This document shows, one piece after another, positions 25,819 to 38,219 of a DNA stretch of 64,000 nucleotides. Both the position numbers and the translations under genes were made by a program. Position 1 is the first letter of the stretch, and each line of letters begins with the position of its first letter. Origin of the DNA: Psammoneis japonica (taxonomy: Eukaryota); NCBI GenBank assembly GCA_008632985.1, contig QPGO01000129.1, positions 1-64,000 on the forward strand, given 5' to 3'. The notes beneath the pieces are model-generated. The model searched no databases. It was given only the letters and a program-made list of their open reading frames with translations, and was not told where the DNA came from.

Positions 25819-26802
25819 TTACATGTTTGGAAGTATAATACCTAGACTCTTGAGACGCTCCATAGTGACAGCATCTTGCTTTTTGCGTTCTTGCAGCTTT
25901 CTCCGTTTGACAGCCTTGGCTCGATCCGATAGAGACTTTCGATTGAGCGTCATAAGTCTCCCGTGATCCTTCATAATGTTGCCGAAGGTGTCGCTTTTCT
26001 CCATATTATCCTCCTCGTCAGTACTTGCAACCTCTGCGGCCTTGCGTTTTCCTAGAGACTGAGTATCGGAAACGGGACCTTCGTTGACAACACGCCTCGC
26101 AAAAGGCAAGTCCACGTATTCGAGCAAATTAGTACCAACCGGAGGTACCTTTCGGTAAGGATCATCTTGAACCCAGGAACGCAAAAGCGAATAAAAGGAT
26201 GCATCTGCCGCATGAGCATCAAAATTAATCCTTCGATCCACAACATGAAATATAGAAGACGCATTTTCCGGCATGGCATCAAGGATTTGTTCATCAGAAA
26301 TGTTGACAGACGGATACCCAAACGGCTTTCCCGTCGGTCTGGCAGAGGGCACATAAGGCCTCTTTGTACTGCGTAAACGAGGCTGAGGAGGAAGTTTAAC
26401 AGGTGATTTCACACCAATTTCTTTTTTGGCGGATGAACCAGCAAACCTGTCGTTTGGATCCGTGCAGACATAGCCCGTAAGGTTCGGTTGAAAGGGCGCG
26501 GGCCGAATCAGCACCTCTATTCCGCTCTCGTGGACCGCGTACACTCCATCATTCCTTTCGACATATTTGGGATTCTTAGACTTGGCCTTTTCTGTGGCGT
26601 CTATGTCACCTGTTGACGGTTTTGCAACGGCAGACTTTTCTTTGTTTTGTGTTGCTTCAGTGTCTGCCGTCTGCTTGTCAGCGGCAGCAGGACGAGCGGC
26701 AGCAGGAGCAGCAGAAGCAGAAGCAGCAGAAGCAGGAGCAGCAACAGGAGGAGCGGCAGCAGGAGGAGCGGCAGCAGGAGTAGGAGTAGGAGCGTCTGAC
26801 AT
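25819..26802 (-). CDS. LIN37-like (DREAM/MuvB subunit) protein
   Basis: FHVVDRRINFD...SFYSLLRSWVQDDP resembles the LIN37 core motif; Ala/Pro-rich N-terminus. Confidence 0.6.
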   Translation of the reverse strand: MSDAPTPTPAAAPPAAAPPVAAPASAASASAAPAAARPAAADKQTADTEATQNKEKSAVAKPSTGDIDATEKAKSKNPKYVERNDGVYAVHESGIEVLIRPAPFQPNLTGYVCTDPNDRFAGSSAKKEIGVKSPVKLPPQPRLRSTKRPYVPSARPTGKPFGYPSVNISDEQILDAMPENASSIFHVVDRRINFDAHAADASFYSLLRSWVQDDPYRKVPPVGTNLLEYVDLPFARRVVNEGPVSDTQSLGKRKAAEVASTDEEDNMEKSDTFGNIMKDHGRLMTLNRKSLSDRAKAVKRRKLQERKKQDAVTMERLKSLGIILPNM

Positions 26803-27109
26803 TTTACTTCCAATTATTATGGGAGGGGTTCAAATGGAGAGTCGAGAGACAGCGATAACAACAACCAACAACGACACGATGTCGTCGTCGTTGTTGTTGT
26901 GGTTGATTATGTTGACGGCTTGACGGCGTCGCGTGTTTGTGCGTCTGTGTCGTGGATTCGCGAGTTCGAACGTGGTAAGGCACAATGAACGGAACAACTC
27001 TACAGTACCTTTTATTGTATGCACCGCCTCTCTCCACCTCTAGCCCTACATGTCTCTAGAAGGACTTGTTCTCCAACTATAGAAGTAAATCAGTGAAATA
27101 ACTTGATTT

Positions 27110-28348
27110 CTAACTAAGCTGTCTGCCTTCCTGCAATTGAATTTCTTTCGCTCTCATGGCTCGTGCTTCTTGTTCCGCCCAAGGACATGCTTTGTAAAAA
27201 TCGCATCTTTGTTTATCTTGGTTTGACGATGATGGGGAACACGAATAGTAGTATCTACCCGTACGACTGGCTTTTAGTTTGGCTTCGATCCCGCAATGAC
27301 ACTTGGGATGCTGAATCATGTCGGAGCGAGTCATGCGAAAGGTGAGTGAAATCCGCACCTTGTTTACCAGGGGATGAGATGCAATACTCGTGTTGGCAAC
27401 TCGTGGTACCCCGTGCTGCCATTGCTCTTGACAATTACCATACATGATAATGGCTGAATTATGCGGCATGGTTATGTTCACAGTAATTGTCTCTTTCGAT
27501 TTCTCATCACTTTGTTGTTGCAATCGAAACGTACGCATCGCGCCAAGACTGAGTCCTGCAATAATTGGCCGCGGTCCAAGAGGGTTCAAAAAGTCAGAAT
27601 GCATGCCAACGGTTTCGTTTCCATCTTGATAACGGTTTGCCAGACAAAAATTAGACTTCCAATTTCGATCGCCGCTTGTAGAAACCTTTGACACAATGGG
27701 AAGCTCCTCTCGGACCAATTGATCAATAGCGGCAGCGGCTTTTGTCAACTCTGGAAATGACGCAAGCTTCTTGTTTCCAATTTCATAGTCGTCTTCGGAG
27801 TCAGGAGGCTGATGATCAGTTTCAGGCAAGCCGAGTTGATATGTAGCGGATGTTCTCGGTACTAGATGCGTTTGATCAAAGACTGTCCACGAAACACGCG
27901 GTCCCCATCTTGTCGGGCATTCAACCGTTTCGAGTCGATCCAACAAGGAATCAGCAAGCTTTTCGGGTAGTACATTTCTCTTGAATACTGCAGGACAGTA
28001 ATTGCAAAGGTCTTGGTCTGAAATACTTTTTCCATCCACTTGAATCGGCGCTGATGGGAGTCTAACGAGGACGTCGTTCAGACAACATGCTTTCTTATTG
28101 CTGGATGCCTTATTCGATTGCTTCAAAAGTTCAGGTCTCTTCAGTGTTTTCTTTGAATTCGTTTGACTCTTTTCAAAAAACTTGGAGACCTTCTGATTGC
28201 CCATGCCGTTTCGTCTCGTGGTGATACCAACCTGCTTTTCGTCCTCAGCATGCCGTTTTGTATTGCACATTTCACACTGCAGAAAATCCTTCTTATCGGC
28301 ATCATGTTCAAAGGTACAGGCACGACAAGTCCACGAAGCCAGCGACAT
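27110..28348 (-). CDS. AlkB-family 2OG-Fe(II) dioxygenase with RanBP2-type and GRF-type zinc fingers
   Basis: WTCRACTF..CEMC; CLANRYQDGNETVGMHSD, LSLGAMRTF, WQHGVP, RISLTFR; C-terminal CHCG...YYYSC...CDFY. Confidence 0.9.
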   Translation of the reverse strand: MSLASWTCRACTFEHDADKKDFLQCEMCNTKRHAEDEKQVGITTRRNGMGNQKVSKFFEKSQTNSKKTLKRPELLKQSNKASSNKKACCLNDVLVRLPSAPIQVDGKSISDQDLCNYCPAVFKRNVLPEKLADSLLDRLETVECPTRWGPRVSWTVFDQTHLVPRTSATYQLGLPETDHQPPDSEDDYEIGNKKLASFPELTKAAAAIDQLVREELPIVSKVSTSGDRNWKSNFCLANRYQDGNETVGMHSDFLNPLGPRPIIAGLSLGAMRTFRLQQQSDEKSKETITVNITMPHNSAIIMYGNCQEQWQHGVPRVANTSIASHPLVNKVRISLTFRMTRSDMIQHPKCHCGIEAKLKASRTGRYYYSCSPSSSNQDKQRCDFYKACPWAEQEARAMRAKEIQLQEGRQLS

Positions 28349-28644
28349 GGTGCATGGATCTATTATCTGCTTCTTTCACCGCTCATCCCTCATCCACATC
28401 TCGTTTCGTCTGAGAGGAGCTGTTATCAGGTTTAGGCGTGCATTCCATCCACTAAGTCGCGATGATGTGCGTACGTCCGTCATCCGCATCGCTGCGAACG
28501 GCACCCCGCGGCGCACGCGGCACGCGGCACCCCCCGAACCCCGAAATCATCGACCATGACACAAAATGAGATATCACCGACCGCAGATCATCATGCGCTT
28601 GGACTACAAAGCAAAGAGTTGAGCATAGCTATCCATCAAAAACT

Positions 28645-29427
28645 ATGATCCGTGTTGTATTTAGTATGGCGAGTTTTGCACTACTTGTACTACTTGTGGA
28701 AGCAAGACACTGTGCGTTTGTTCCATCGCAATCCACAAGACGTTCCTACTACAATATCGCTCATCGAACGGGCCAATCCATATCATCAATACGGCTAAAG
28801 AACAGCCAGAAAGACGAAGAAGACGAATCGGATAGTGTCAATATGGATGAATTGCAAAAGAGAATTGACAAGCAGCTCAATCAGTATTACGAGTTACTGC
28901 AAAGCGACACTGATGACGTGAGACCCGAGACGGTACATATTGTAGTATTCAACCCAGAGTCACAAGAAGAGCAAGGTATTCATACCGTTGAGTTTCCAAA
29001 AGGATCCGGAAACAATGTTATTTTGGCGTTTGAGTCCGGTCCAGAATGTATCGAGTTTTCACAAGGACTCAAGAACATGAAATTTTACGAACCAGTGGTG
29101 AGTTTAGTCTATTCCGCATTGATTTTATTTCAACTTAGTAGGTATCGCTTAAGCCATGTCTTCTTCCTTACACTCGCTCAAAATGTTGTTTCGTTTGTTC
29201 AGCCTCAAGAAACAAACTTGGAGCAACTCGAACAGTTCTGCAAGGCTTTGGGCATTCCAGTCAAGGTTGTTCCGGCTGGCAAGTCTCTCACGCCTCCATC
29301 AGATAATGTCGACGAATTGTCGTATAACCCCAACATTGGTAAAGAAAAGTCAATGCTAGAAGAGCTAATAACAAAGAGCGAAGAAGAGGATGCTAGTGAT
29401 GAGACTGAGGAGGGAAGTTGGGAATAA
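28645..29427 (+). CDS. Plastid-targeted DUF3110-like protein
   Basis: Signal peptide then CAF-V; EQGIHTVEF..NVILAFES..ECIEF; in-frame intron 29098-29202. Confidence 0.75.
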   Translation: MIRVVFSMASFALLVLLVEARHCAFVPSQSTRRSYYNIAHRTGQSISSIRLKNSQKDEEDESDSVNMDELQKRIDKQLNQYYELLQSDTDDVRPETVHIVVFNPESQEEQGIHTVEFPKGSGNNVILAFESGPECIEFSQGLKNMKFYEPVVSLVYSALILFQLSRYRLSHVFFLTLAQNVVSFVQPQETNLEQLEQFCKALGIPVKVVPAGKSLTPPSDNVDELSYNPNIGKEKSMLEELITKSEEEDASDETEEGSWE

Positions 29428-29962
29428 CGCGTTGTCGAAATGTTGACTTCAAGAAGTTGGATGGCTTCGATAATACAATACTATTGTAGCTGTTATTTTC
29501 CTCCTGTTTTGTACACTGTTCACTGGCGGTACACGCTTCTCAGCGCCTCTTGTCCATTGAAATATAGCCATGCTTTAGTGGTAATTTAAACTACTAGTTT
29601 TTCGGCAAGCTAGTAGAGTTTTTGTTCTTCATCTCTAACCAGAACTAGAAACTCGGTTAACAACTATAAGGGTCTAGTAGGTAGTGCAGCAACGAAAGAA
29701 GTACTATGGCAGTCAGAAAAGCAACAAGGAGGATTATCGGCAGTATTAGCCCTACCGGTACAGTAACTCTCTAGACGTGCCAATTCCAATAGCCGTTCGT
29801 TCGTCTCCCGCGATGATGGCGGATGACCATGACACATCATGGCACGCCGCTGCCGACGCTCTTGCGGTGAACCCACACATCCTCTCTATACCGTCCGAAA
29901 GCAATTTACCAGCCAAACTCAAAACAACACAGGAATAATCCAATTCTTTTCTCTGTCCAAAC

Positions 29963-30727
29963 ATGGATCATGCAGAAACAGAGGCAAAAACTCCGCAAGA
30001 AGGCAAGAAAAAGCGAAAGCGAGATGAGAGGGACGATCCTCTAAAAGAAGCGTACAGAAACATAACTTTTGAACCACGCACTTCCAGTGGTCGACCTGGA
30101 TCTCCTCATCGTTTCTTTAAATCGTCATTTTCAGTCAAGTACAAAGATGAAAAGCTAGGCAGAAATCAAACGGTGTGTGAGCAGCACTCCTCGCCCGGTA
30201 CCCATCAATCCAAAGAGGCTCACGTAGCGGCGCAAAGCTCTGCAGTCTCCCCAATTACGGCAGAAGATATCCCAATACAGCAGGTCGTACATCAACATGC
30301 AAATGGCTTATGTGTCATTACTGTGGGAGATTCGATAAAGTGGAAGGACAAGAGTTTGGGTATTGACATGTGTGCCAAGGTGGCTCCTGAAATGAGCGCT
30401 GCGGAACGACGAAAAAGTCAATCGAAAATGCTAAAGCGCAAGACTTTTGAAAAGAATGGTAGCCATGGAATTGCTACGCCGGAAGGTATACTGTGTTATT
30501 TAGATATTGGGGGAGTGAAGCGACCGATATACGGGTGTGTGTGGGGTCACATTTTGGAAATCAATACAAAGTTAACACCGGAACTATTGCAGAATGATCC
30601 ATTGCTTGACGGATATGTTGCGATCGTGCTGCCGATTGGACCATTCCCTCCCTTGCAAGCTGAAGCAGTTAATGACAAGGATGAGCTGGACTCGAAATCA
30701 CGAAAGAAAGAAACGGGCATTGCATAG
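29963..30727 (+). CDS. Abitram/FAM206A (Simiate)-like protein
   Basis: HANGLCVIT and IYGCVWGHILEINTKL..PELLQNDPLLDGYVAIVLP. Confidence 0.8.
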   Translation: MDHAETEAKTPQEGKKKRKRDERDDPLKEAYRNITFEPRTSSGRPGSPHRFFKSSFSVKYKDEKLGRNQTVCEQHSSPGTHQSKEAHVAAQSSAVSPITAEDIPIQQVVHQHANGLCVITVGDSIKWKDKSLGIDMCAKVAPEMSAAERRKSQSKMLKRKTFEKNGSHGIATPEGILCYLDIGGVKRPIYGCVWGHILEINTKLTPELLQNDPLLDGYVAIVLPIGPFPPLQAEAVNDKDELDSKSRKKETGIA

Positions 30728-32903
30728 TCTGCTACTTAAGAGAATGGTTTTTGCTTCCAATCTCTAGCAGTGATACTTTCTTACATGCACAAGTGCTCTT
30801 TTACAGCTTTGTCAAGTCTAAAGAATGGCATGCTACAACTCTTGCACTTGCTTGCTTCTTGCGTCTTTCTGGGGCTCGGGCGCCTTCAACCAATGATCCC
30901 TGCTTCAACACAATCCAGCAACCTTTGCACTCTGCATTGTCATGCGTCTGCAAAGAAAGCACTCTGCACACAAAATTCTCACATGAAAACAACCAACAGC
31001 GTGATGACTTCACGAAGGTGCACAAAAAGGAAACAGCAAAAGAGAACAAAAAAGGGAATGCAGACAGCGAGGAATCACACTGTGTTGTGTTTGATCTGCA
31101 TTGCATGATTTGCAACACACAGGCTCTTTTTCAAGGAAGCAGCATGTTCACATGTGTTCACAATTTTGCAGTGGAAACTGTGTCATTGGCAGATCAATGC
31201 CAATTGATCCACTTGGGCTTCTCACAGCTTTCAGCCCATGTCCAAATTGCCAAAGTGCGTGCCTCTGACAACTCAAAGTCTGGCATCACCCATGACGTGA
31301 AGCCCTGGCCACCAAAGAACTCTGACTGAAGATTGCTCATGCAAAAAAATCAACAAACAGCAGCTTTGCGTGTGGTTCCTCTGAGCCAAAATGCCTTTTA
31401 ATTGCGCTTTTGTCCACAGCAGCAGTTTTTTCCGGTCTTTGCACCAAGTTTTTTCTGCGCGTGCTGTGAGCCATGTCTGGACAGCTGCAACAACAAGAAA
31501 TGAGCAAACTCAACAAAGCACCCACTGCAAAGAATCTGAAGCATGGACTAAAATGACTGGCAGGGAGGCACATGTGTGATCTCATTGTGCTCTTGTTGAG
31601 CTGCAATGAGGCCCACCTGGGGTGCTTGCAGGCACCTTGTTGCTTCTTGTTTGTTCGTTGCAGACGGCTCTTGACATGCCCAACTTGGCAGCAAGCACAG
31701 GACATGAGGTGAAAACTTTAACACTCTCAGAATTGTGAGTGCTGACTGACTTTTTTTGCTTGATGTTGCTGGCTAACTCATCATCATTTCTTTTCTTCTT
31801 GGAGGGGCAGTTGGGGGTGCTGACAAGGAAAGACAATGACAGAGCTCTTGAATGCCTTCAAAGCTGTTGTTTTTTTGAACAGACTGTTGCTCTCATTCCC
31901 AGAAAAGCAGGGTGCAGTGGGTCTTTGCTTTTTGCAGCATTTTGTGAGCCTTGCATTGCTGGGCAGCTTTGGTGCTTTGATGGGCCCTGCAGTTTGGAAA
32001 TTGGGCATGACTCAGTGGCATGTGTTGTGGCAAGTGAGTGGCAGCCACATGACCTTGAAGGACCTGGTGTGGCAGGGCACTGCATGGCACCAGCCACACC
32101 TGGCACCAGGAGCCACAGCAGCAGTGTGCACAAGTGCTGTGAGCACAGCACCCCTTGGGAGTTGAGAGACGATGAGGCAGCCCACCTCTGGAGTGCTCCA
32201 GAAGCAGGGGGTGGAGGAAAGACCACAGCAAGCCCTGCGCAGCAATCTTGAAATTGGCAAGTGCTTCTTTGCTTGGGATCAGGGTTGGGCTGTGACCCCT
32301 CAGTCTGCTCTCAAGCAAAAGCAGCAAGAGCATCAACTTCTCTTGGTCATCAGCTCATTGTCCAAAATCTCATTTGTTGCCACATGAAAAACTTTCTCCT
32401 CATGAAACTCATGCAGATCCAAAGAGGTGACAAGCCAGCCAAGCGCCAGTGCATCTGGCAACAAAATTGCTGCCCAAGAAGGGAGGCTCCACCCATGTGC
32501 TCAAAGTCACAGAGACACCACTGCACCCCAACAGCAGCAATCATCAGCATTGGACCATGCAAATGCTGTCACCCACTCCTTGCCATGACCATCTGAGCAA
32601 GAACATTTGCTGCCACCATCACTCTTCAACTGCTCTTCAACTTGTTTGTTCATGGCTTGCTGGCTCTGCTGCACAAAACAGCAGCACACAACCACAGGAA
32701 GGAGTTTTCATCTGTTTTTGGATTTTCTCTCACCCTCTCTTTTCATGGGTGCACTGGTCAGAGAAAAATGCAGCACACACCATGTTGTCATTGGAATTTT
32801 TGGAGGCTTGGCAGCACAATTGAGCACTGGCTGTTGCTGCCATCAAGGTTGGCATGTGTTTCATTTGTGGTTTGTCTCAGCAAGCAAAATTGTCTGGGCA
32901 TCA

Positions 32904-34225
32904 AAAGATGCACACTTGTCTGGGCATCAAAAGATGCGCGCGCGACTTGTTCCAGACTTGGGTGCGCTCACGCGCGAAAAAATGACCCTTTTTGCATGAA
33001 ACGTGCGGTCCACACTTGCGGCACCATTTTCAATGGTAAAAAAAGACAATTTTCAAATGTGTTGTCATGGGCAGAGCAGAATGCAATTCAAGGCCCGGCT
33101 AAGAACTGCACCTGTGAAGACAACACAATGCGCGTGCATTTCGCTTTTTTGTTCATTTGTGTGAAAGATCTTGTTGAACTTGTCAGAAAAAAAATCACCC
33201 CGCTCTTCCAAATCTGCACAGTTGATGAGTTTTGGCGCGTGAGCCAAAATGTCCAACGAGCCAGGAGGATGACATGGTCATGATTTAAGGCCCTCCACAT
33301 CACATGCGCAGAATTGGCACTGCGTCCCACGTGGGATCCCCACATCGCATCGACACGACACAAAAGATGCGCCATGGCGCCGCCAAAGAAGCCTTCGAAG
33401 ACAGAAGAATGTGCTCCATCATGCTTGTTGACTGTGTCATCTTTGTTCCTGAAGGTCAGCACAGCAAGGAGAAACCAGTTGAAATTTTCAAAAGCTGGAA
33501 GAGTTCAATGAGAGGCGCCGGAGAAGCAGAGGAGAGCTGCGAGGAGCAAGGCCAGTCAATCCATGGGCTGCTCAGGATCCATTCATGCGTGTCGACATGT
33601 TGAGGATTGGTGCAGTGTTGTTCATTCAGACCTCCATTTGTGGTGGCACAGTCATTTTTTTGCAGCTGCACTGCAGGTGGAAACGGCCGTTGACCATTCG
33701 TCGCGCACTGTTCCCGTCATGTGTTTGTGGAGCTCGTGCCTCGAATCCATCATTTGAGCCTGATGGCACAAGGGCCTTTTAAATCACGCCAGGCCTTAAA
33801 TTGCGCTCTGCTCTACATGCCGGTGCAGAAAGGTCTTGTGCGTGTGCCCATGCATTCGAAACTGTGGATGGACTCAGTTGTTGGTCGCTAAATTGCGCCG
33901 CAAGTTGAGAGCTCTGTTTTCCGAGGAGCGATTTGCAGATGTCTCAATGTGTGCAGAAATGCACAAAATGTTGTTCTCACATGCAAGTTGAACCTCTAAC
34001 ACAACACAATTAATCTTTGGCTAAAATGCGCGAACACAACTGTCATTCAACGGATCGAGTGAAACATGCGTTGATCAATGAGTTTCGGACGTGAGAAGAA
34101 GGGCAGCTCAGCCCACGCAGTGGCATCGACTTCGGACCATTTTTCACTGTTTAAAAGGCAAAAACGATTGATGCACTTCAATCAGTCGAATGTGTTGAGG
34201 AAATGTTCATGGCAATGGCAAAGAA
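32904..34225 (+). repeat. ~1.3-kb direct repeat, copy A
   Basis: Highly similar to 34972-36295; differences are mostly CG/TG/CA/TA transitions. Confidence 0.95.
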
Positions 34226-34971
34226 CGTGTCAGTGAAAAGGCAAGCTCAGTGGCAGAGCTTCGCCGATCGCAGGACGAGGTCGAGGGTTCGAGCCCCTCC
34301 CTTTTTCCGCACACACGTGCTTGAACCGGCAACCCGGAAACGGGTTGAGGTCACTTGCTTGACGAAGTCGCCCCACCTGCATTCGACAACCCTGACAAAC
34401 ACAAGACGTGTTCCAGCCCCAGGTGATGCACAAAACGACAATCGGGTTTTGAGCACAATTTGTGCATGTTTTGGTGCATGTGGCATTTTGACAAAAACAC
34501 TTGGACGGATTGACTTTCACAGGCTTCTGGAGCATGCACATTTGAACAGTTTTTTGAGGGGTGTTCAAATCCTCATGGGACATGCATCACAAACTTCCTC
34601 AGCAGACTCAGTGCTGATTGCACGTCAGTGGATTTACACTGAGATTTTTTTGCAGGCAGAAAACCTGCCAAGCAGCATCGTAGAAAAATGTGTTTGGGTG
34701 ACATCCAAACAACGGCAATGTTTTTGTCGAAAATCATCCGTTGCACTGCGAATCTTTTGACGCAATGAAAAACATGGATGGCACAATGACAATGACATTG
34801 CAACACTCACACGAGTCTTGTTGGTGTTGCAAAACATTTGTGTTTGTGTGAATCTGTGCTTTTTGTGGTGAAAGTTCGATCGCAAGTTGGGGGCCGCGCA
34901 AAAATCACGCAAATGTTGTTTTTGTGCACGATTTGGTTCACGTGCGGCTGGAACACGTCACAACAAACAAC

Positions 34972-36295
34972 AAAGATGCACACTTGTCTGGGCATCAAAA
35001 GATGTGCGCGACTTGTTCCAGACTTGGGTGCACTCACGCGCGAAAAAATGACCCTTTTTGCATGAAACGCGCGGTCCACACTTGCGGTGCCATTTTCGAT
35101 GGTAAAAACATGACAATTTTCAAATGTGTTGTCATGGGCAGAGCAGAATGCAACTCAAGGCCCGGCTAAGAACTGCATCTGTGAAGACAACACAACGCGC
35201 GTGCATTTCGCTTTTTTGTTCGTTTGTGTGAAAGATCTCGTTGAACTTGTCAGAAAAAAAATCACCCCGCTCTTCCAAATCCGCACAGTTGATGAGTTTT
35301 GGCATGCGAGCCAAAATGTCCGACAAGCCAGGAGGATGACATGGTCATGATTTGAGGCCCTCCACGTCACATGCGCAGAATTGGCACTGCATCCCACGTG
35401 GGATCCCCACATCGCATCGACACGACACAAAAGATGTGCCATGGCGCCGCCAAAGAAGCCTCCGAAGATGGAAGAATGTGCTCCATCATGCTTGTTGACT
35501 GTGTCATCTTTGTTCCTGAAGGTCAGCACAGCAAGGAGAAACTGGTTGAAATTTTCAAAAGCTGGAAGAGTTCAATGAGAGGCACCGGAGAAGCAGAGGA
35601 GAGCTGCGAGGAGCAAGGCCAATGGATCCATGGGCTGCTCAGGATCCATTCATGCGTGTCAACATGTTGAGGATTGGTGCAGTGTTGTTCATTCAGACCT
35701 CCATTTGTGGTGGCACAGTCATTTTTTTGCAGCTGCACTGCAGGTGGAAACGGCCATTGACCATTCGTCGCGCACTGTTCCCGTCATGTGTTTGTGAAGC
35801 TCGCACCTCGAATCCATCATTTGAGCCTGACAGCACTGGGGCCTTTTAAATCACGCCGGGCCTTAAATTGCATTCCACTCTACACACCGGCACAGAAAGG
35901 TCTTGTGCGAGCACCCATGTGTTCGAAACTGTGGATGGACTCAGTTGTCAGTCGCTGAATTGTGCCGTAAGTTGAGAGCTCTGTTTTCCGAGGAGCGATT
36001 TGCAGATGTCTCAATGTGTGCAGAAATGCACAAAATGTTGTTCTCACATGCAAGTTGAACCTCTAACACAACACAATCAATCTTTGGCTAAAATGTGCGA
36101 ACACAACTGTCATTCAACGGATTGAGTGAAACATGCGTTGATCAATGAGTTTCGGACAACGTGAGAAGAAGGGCAGCTCAGCCCACGCAATGGCGTCGAC
36201 TTCGGACCATTTTTCACTGTTCAAAAGGCACAAATGATTGACGCACTTCAATCAGTCGAATGTGTTGAGGAAACACACATGGCAATGGCAAAGAA
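34972..36295 (+). repeat. ~1.3-kb direct repeat, copy B
   Basis: Highly similar to 32904-34225. Confidence 0.95.
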
Positions 36296-36673
36296 ATGGT
36301 CCTTGGAGGCAAATTGTGAGTGAGTTGAGGCTCAGTTGTTGTTGCTGACAGATTCAGTGTCATTGTGCCGCGCTGCAGCCTGCAACAAGCATTTTCACTG
36401 TTGTTGTTGATGCCTTGGACCATGTCAAATGCGGAGGTCCTCGTCATGACATCAAATTTTCCACAAGGCTGAAAAAAGTGGGCCGTCATGGTCACTGAAA
36501 GCCATGGCCGGTTTGGCTGTTTGTTTGTTCGAGTTCATTCTGTTTGTTTCACTTGTGAGCAATTTACATGATCAACACAATGAAACATGTGCGATGTTGA
36601 ACAAAGCACAAAAAATTGTTTTTTCTGCAAAAAGGGGCATGTGCGCGCCACCCAAGTCTGGAACAAGTCGCGC
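35006..36673. mobile_element. Putative non-autonomous TIR DNA element
   Basis: 25-bp GCGCGACTTGTTCCAGACTTGGGTG at 35006-35030 (also at 32940-32964) has a perfect inverted copy at 36649-36673, plus a subterminal inverted match ATGACCCTTTTTGCA / TGCAAAAAGGGGCAT; no TSD or transposase recognised. Confidence 0.55.
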
Positions 36674-38219
36674 CTCTGCCAGAGACAATGGTGCATTCTT
36701 CTGGACCAGGTCAGGCACAGACAGAAAGCAGTGTTTGAAATTGATCCATTCATCAAACTTCAAATGATTGTTCAAATGTGGAGATTTTGCTGTGATCATG
36801 AGTCACCTCCTCATGAGCTGGCCAGCCTGCATTGATTTTGGTTTCTCTGTCATGCTTTGAGTTTTTTCTTCTCTTGTCTTGTCCCACCAACAGAGACAAT
36901 CATGTGTTCATCAAGGCAGTGTCTCAATGTCTTGGTCAAATCACAAAATGACACAAAGCAGCACTCTTCACCCAGCAACAAATCTGCTGTTGCATTTGTT
37001 GATGACTCCACTGAAAAATGGGGCCATGGCAGCTGCAACAGAAACTTGGTAATTTTTTTCATGGTTGTTGTCATGATGTGCCGGCATGGTGGCATGAAGT
37101 CATTTTGGGACCCGATTCTGAGTGTGGCTCAGGTGTCCCATGTCTTTCAAGTTTGCTTGGATTGTTTGAGAGCTCCAGTGAAAAGACTTTGATGGCCAGT
37201 GGTTTGTTGAAGGTGAGCAGGGCTTTGGACAAAGAAATTGTCAGAAAAGAATGTGGCACATTCAAGGTGTTGTTTGACCGTCATGTTGAACTCAACAGGG
37301 TCTCCTCTTCAAGACAGAAAGACCATCAAGTGTGGGTTCTCAGGGTTGGATCTTTTGCTCCTTGGGCAGAAAAATGTCCTGCATCAGGTCAACACCCGAA
37401 TGGCAAATTTGCAAAAGGCTTTGTGGCACATGGGTTCAGGCCAAAGAAGCATGCAACAGAAAGCTGTGACAGAGATGACACTTGGGATCACCAAAATGCA
37501 AAAGGATTTTGCTTGCAACTGTGTTGTGCTGAAGGAAAACAAGCTTGCCAATGAGAAACAAAAGATTGCTGATGACAAGGCAGTCTTTGGGTCTGTGAAA
37601 CTGGACAAATCACCCACTGGCACATTGTGTGGCATCACTCAACAATTGTTGAACATTGATGACAGCATCGACAATGAGATGGAATCTTGTGTCAAACAGA
37701 AAAAAGTTGTCAACATGCACTCAGCATGCTTGGTGATGTGGCCACAGCTTCATTTGCTGCACTGTTTGCTCCTTGACACATTCATCATTTGGATGATTTG
37801 CAGGATGGAAGCTTGAGCAAGGAGTCAGTGCAGCTGGCTCACTTTCTGCATTTCCAGATGATGACACAAATTCAGATCAGTTTGTGTTGTTGCTGTCACC
37901 CCAAACCCAGCTCTGTTCATGCTGTCACTGTTGCGATCATTTGCTCCTCCTCAACACATTTGTCACTTGGGCGATTTGCATGATGGAAGCTTGAGTGATG
38001 AGCGGGCATGATTGGCTTGCTTTTTGCAATTGCTGTGAATTGCAATGCAAACTCAGATCAGTTTGTGCTGTCACCGTCACCACAAATTTAGCGCTGTTTG
38101 TGCTGTTGCTGTCACTTTCTCCCGGACAAATGATTTTGACTTGTTGCATCTTTCAACGATTTCGTAAAATCCAAAGCACATTCCGCCCTTTGAGTCTGTG
38201 GCACCATGGCAGAACAAAG

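Noticed and set aside
26680..26795. GCA/GGA-rich tandem repeats
   Set aside because: Coding Ala/Pro low-complexity N-terminus of the LIN37-like gene
6875..28348. WDR76, JmjC, LIN37 and AlkB as a functional cluster encoding the mutator
   Set aside because: Eukaryotic gene order rarely implies function, and none of these is a deaminase or polymerase
32904..36295. The 1.3-kb repeats as LTRs of one retroelement
   Set aside because: Only ~750 bp between them, and no TG..CA ends, PBS, PPT or gag/pol motifs recognised
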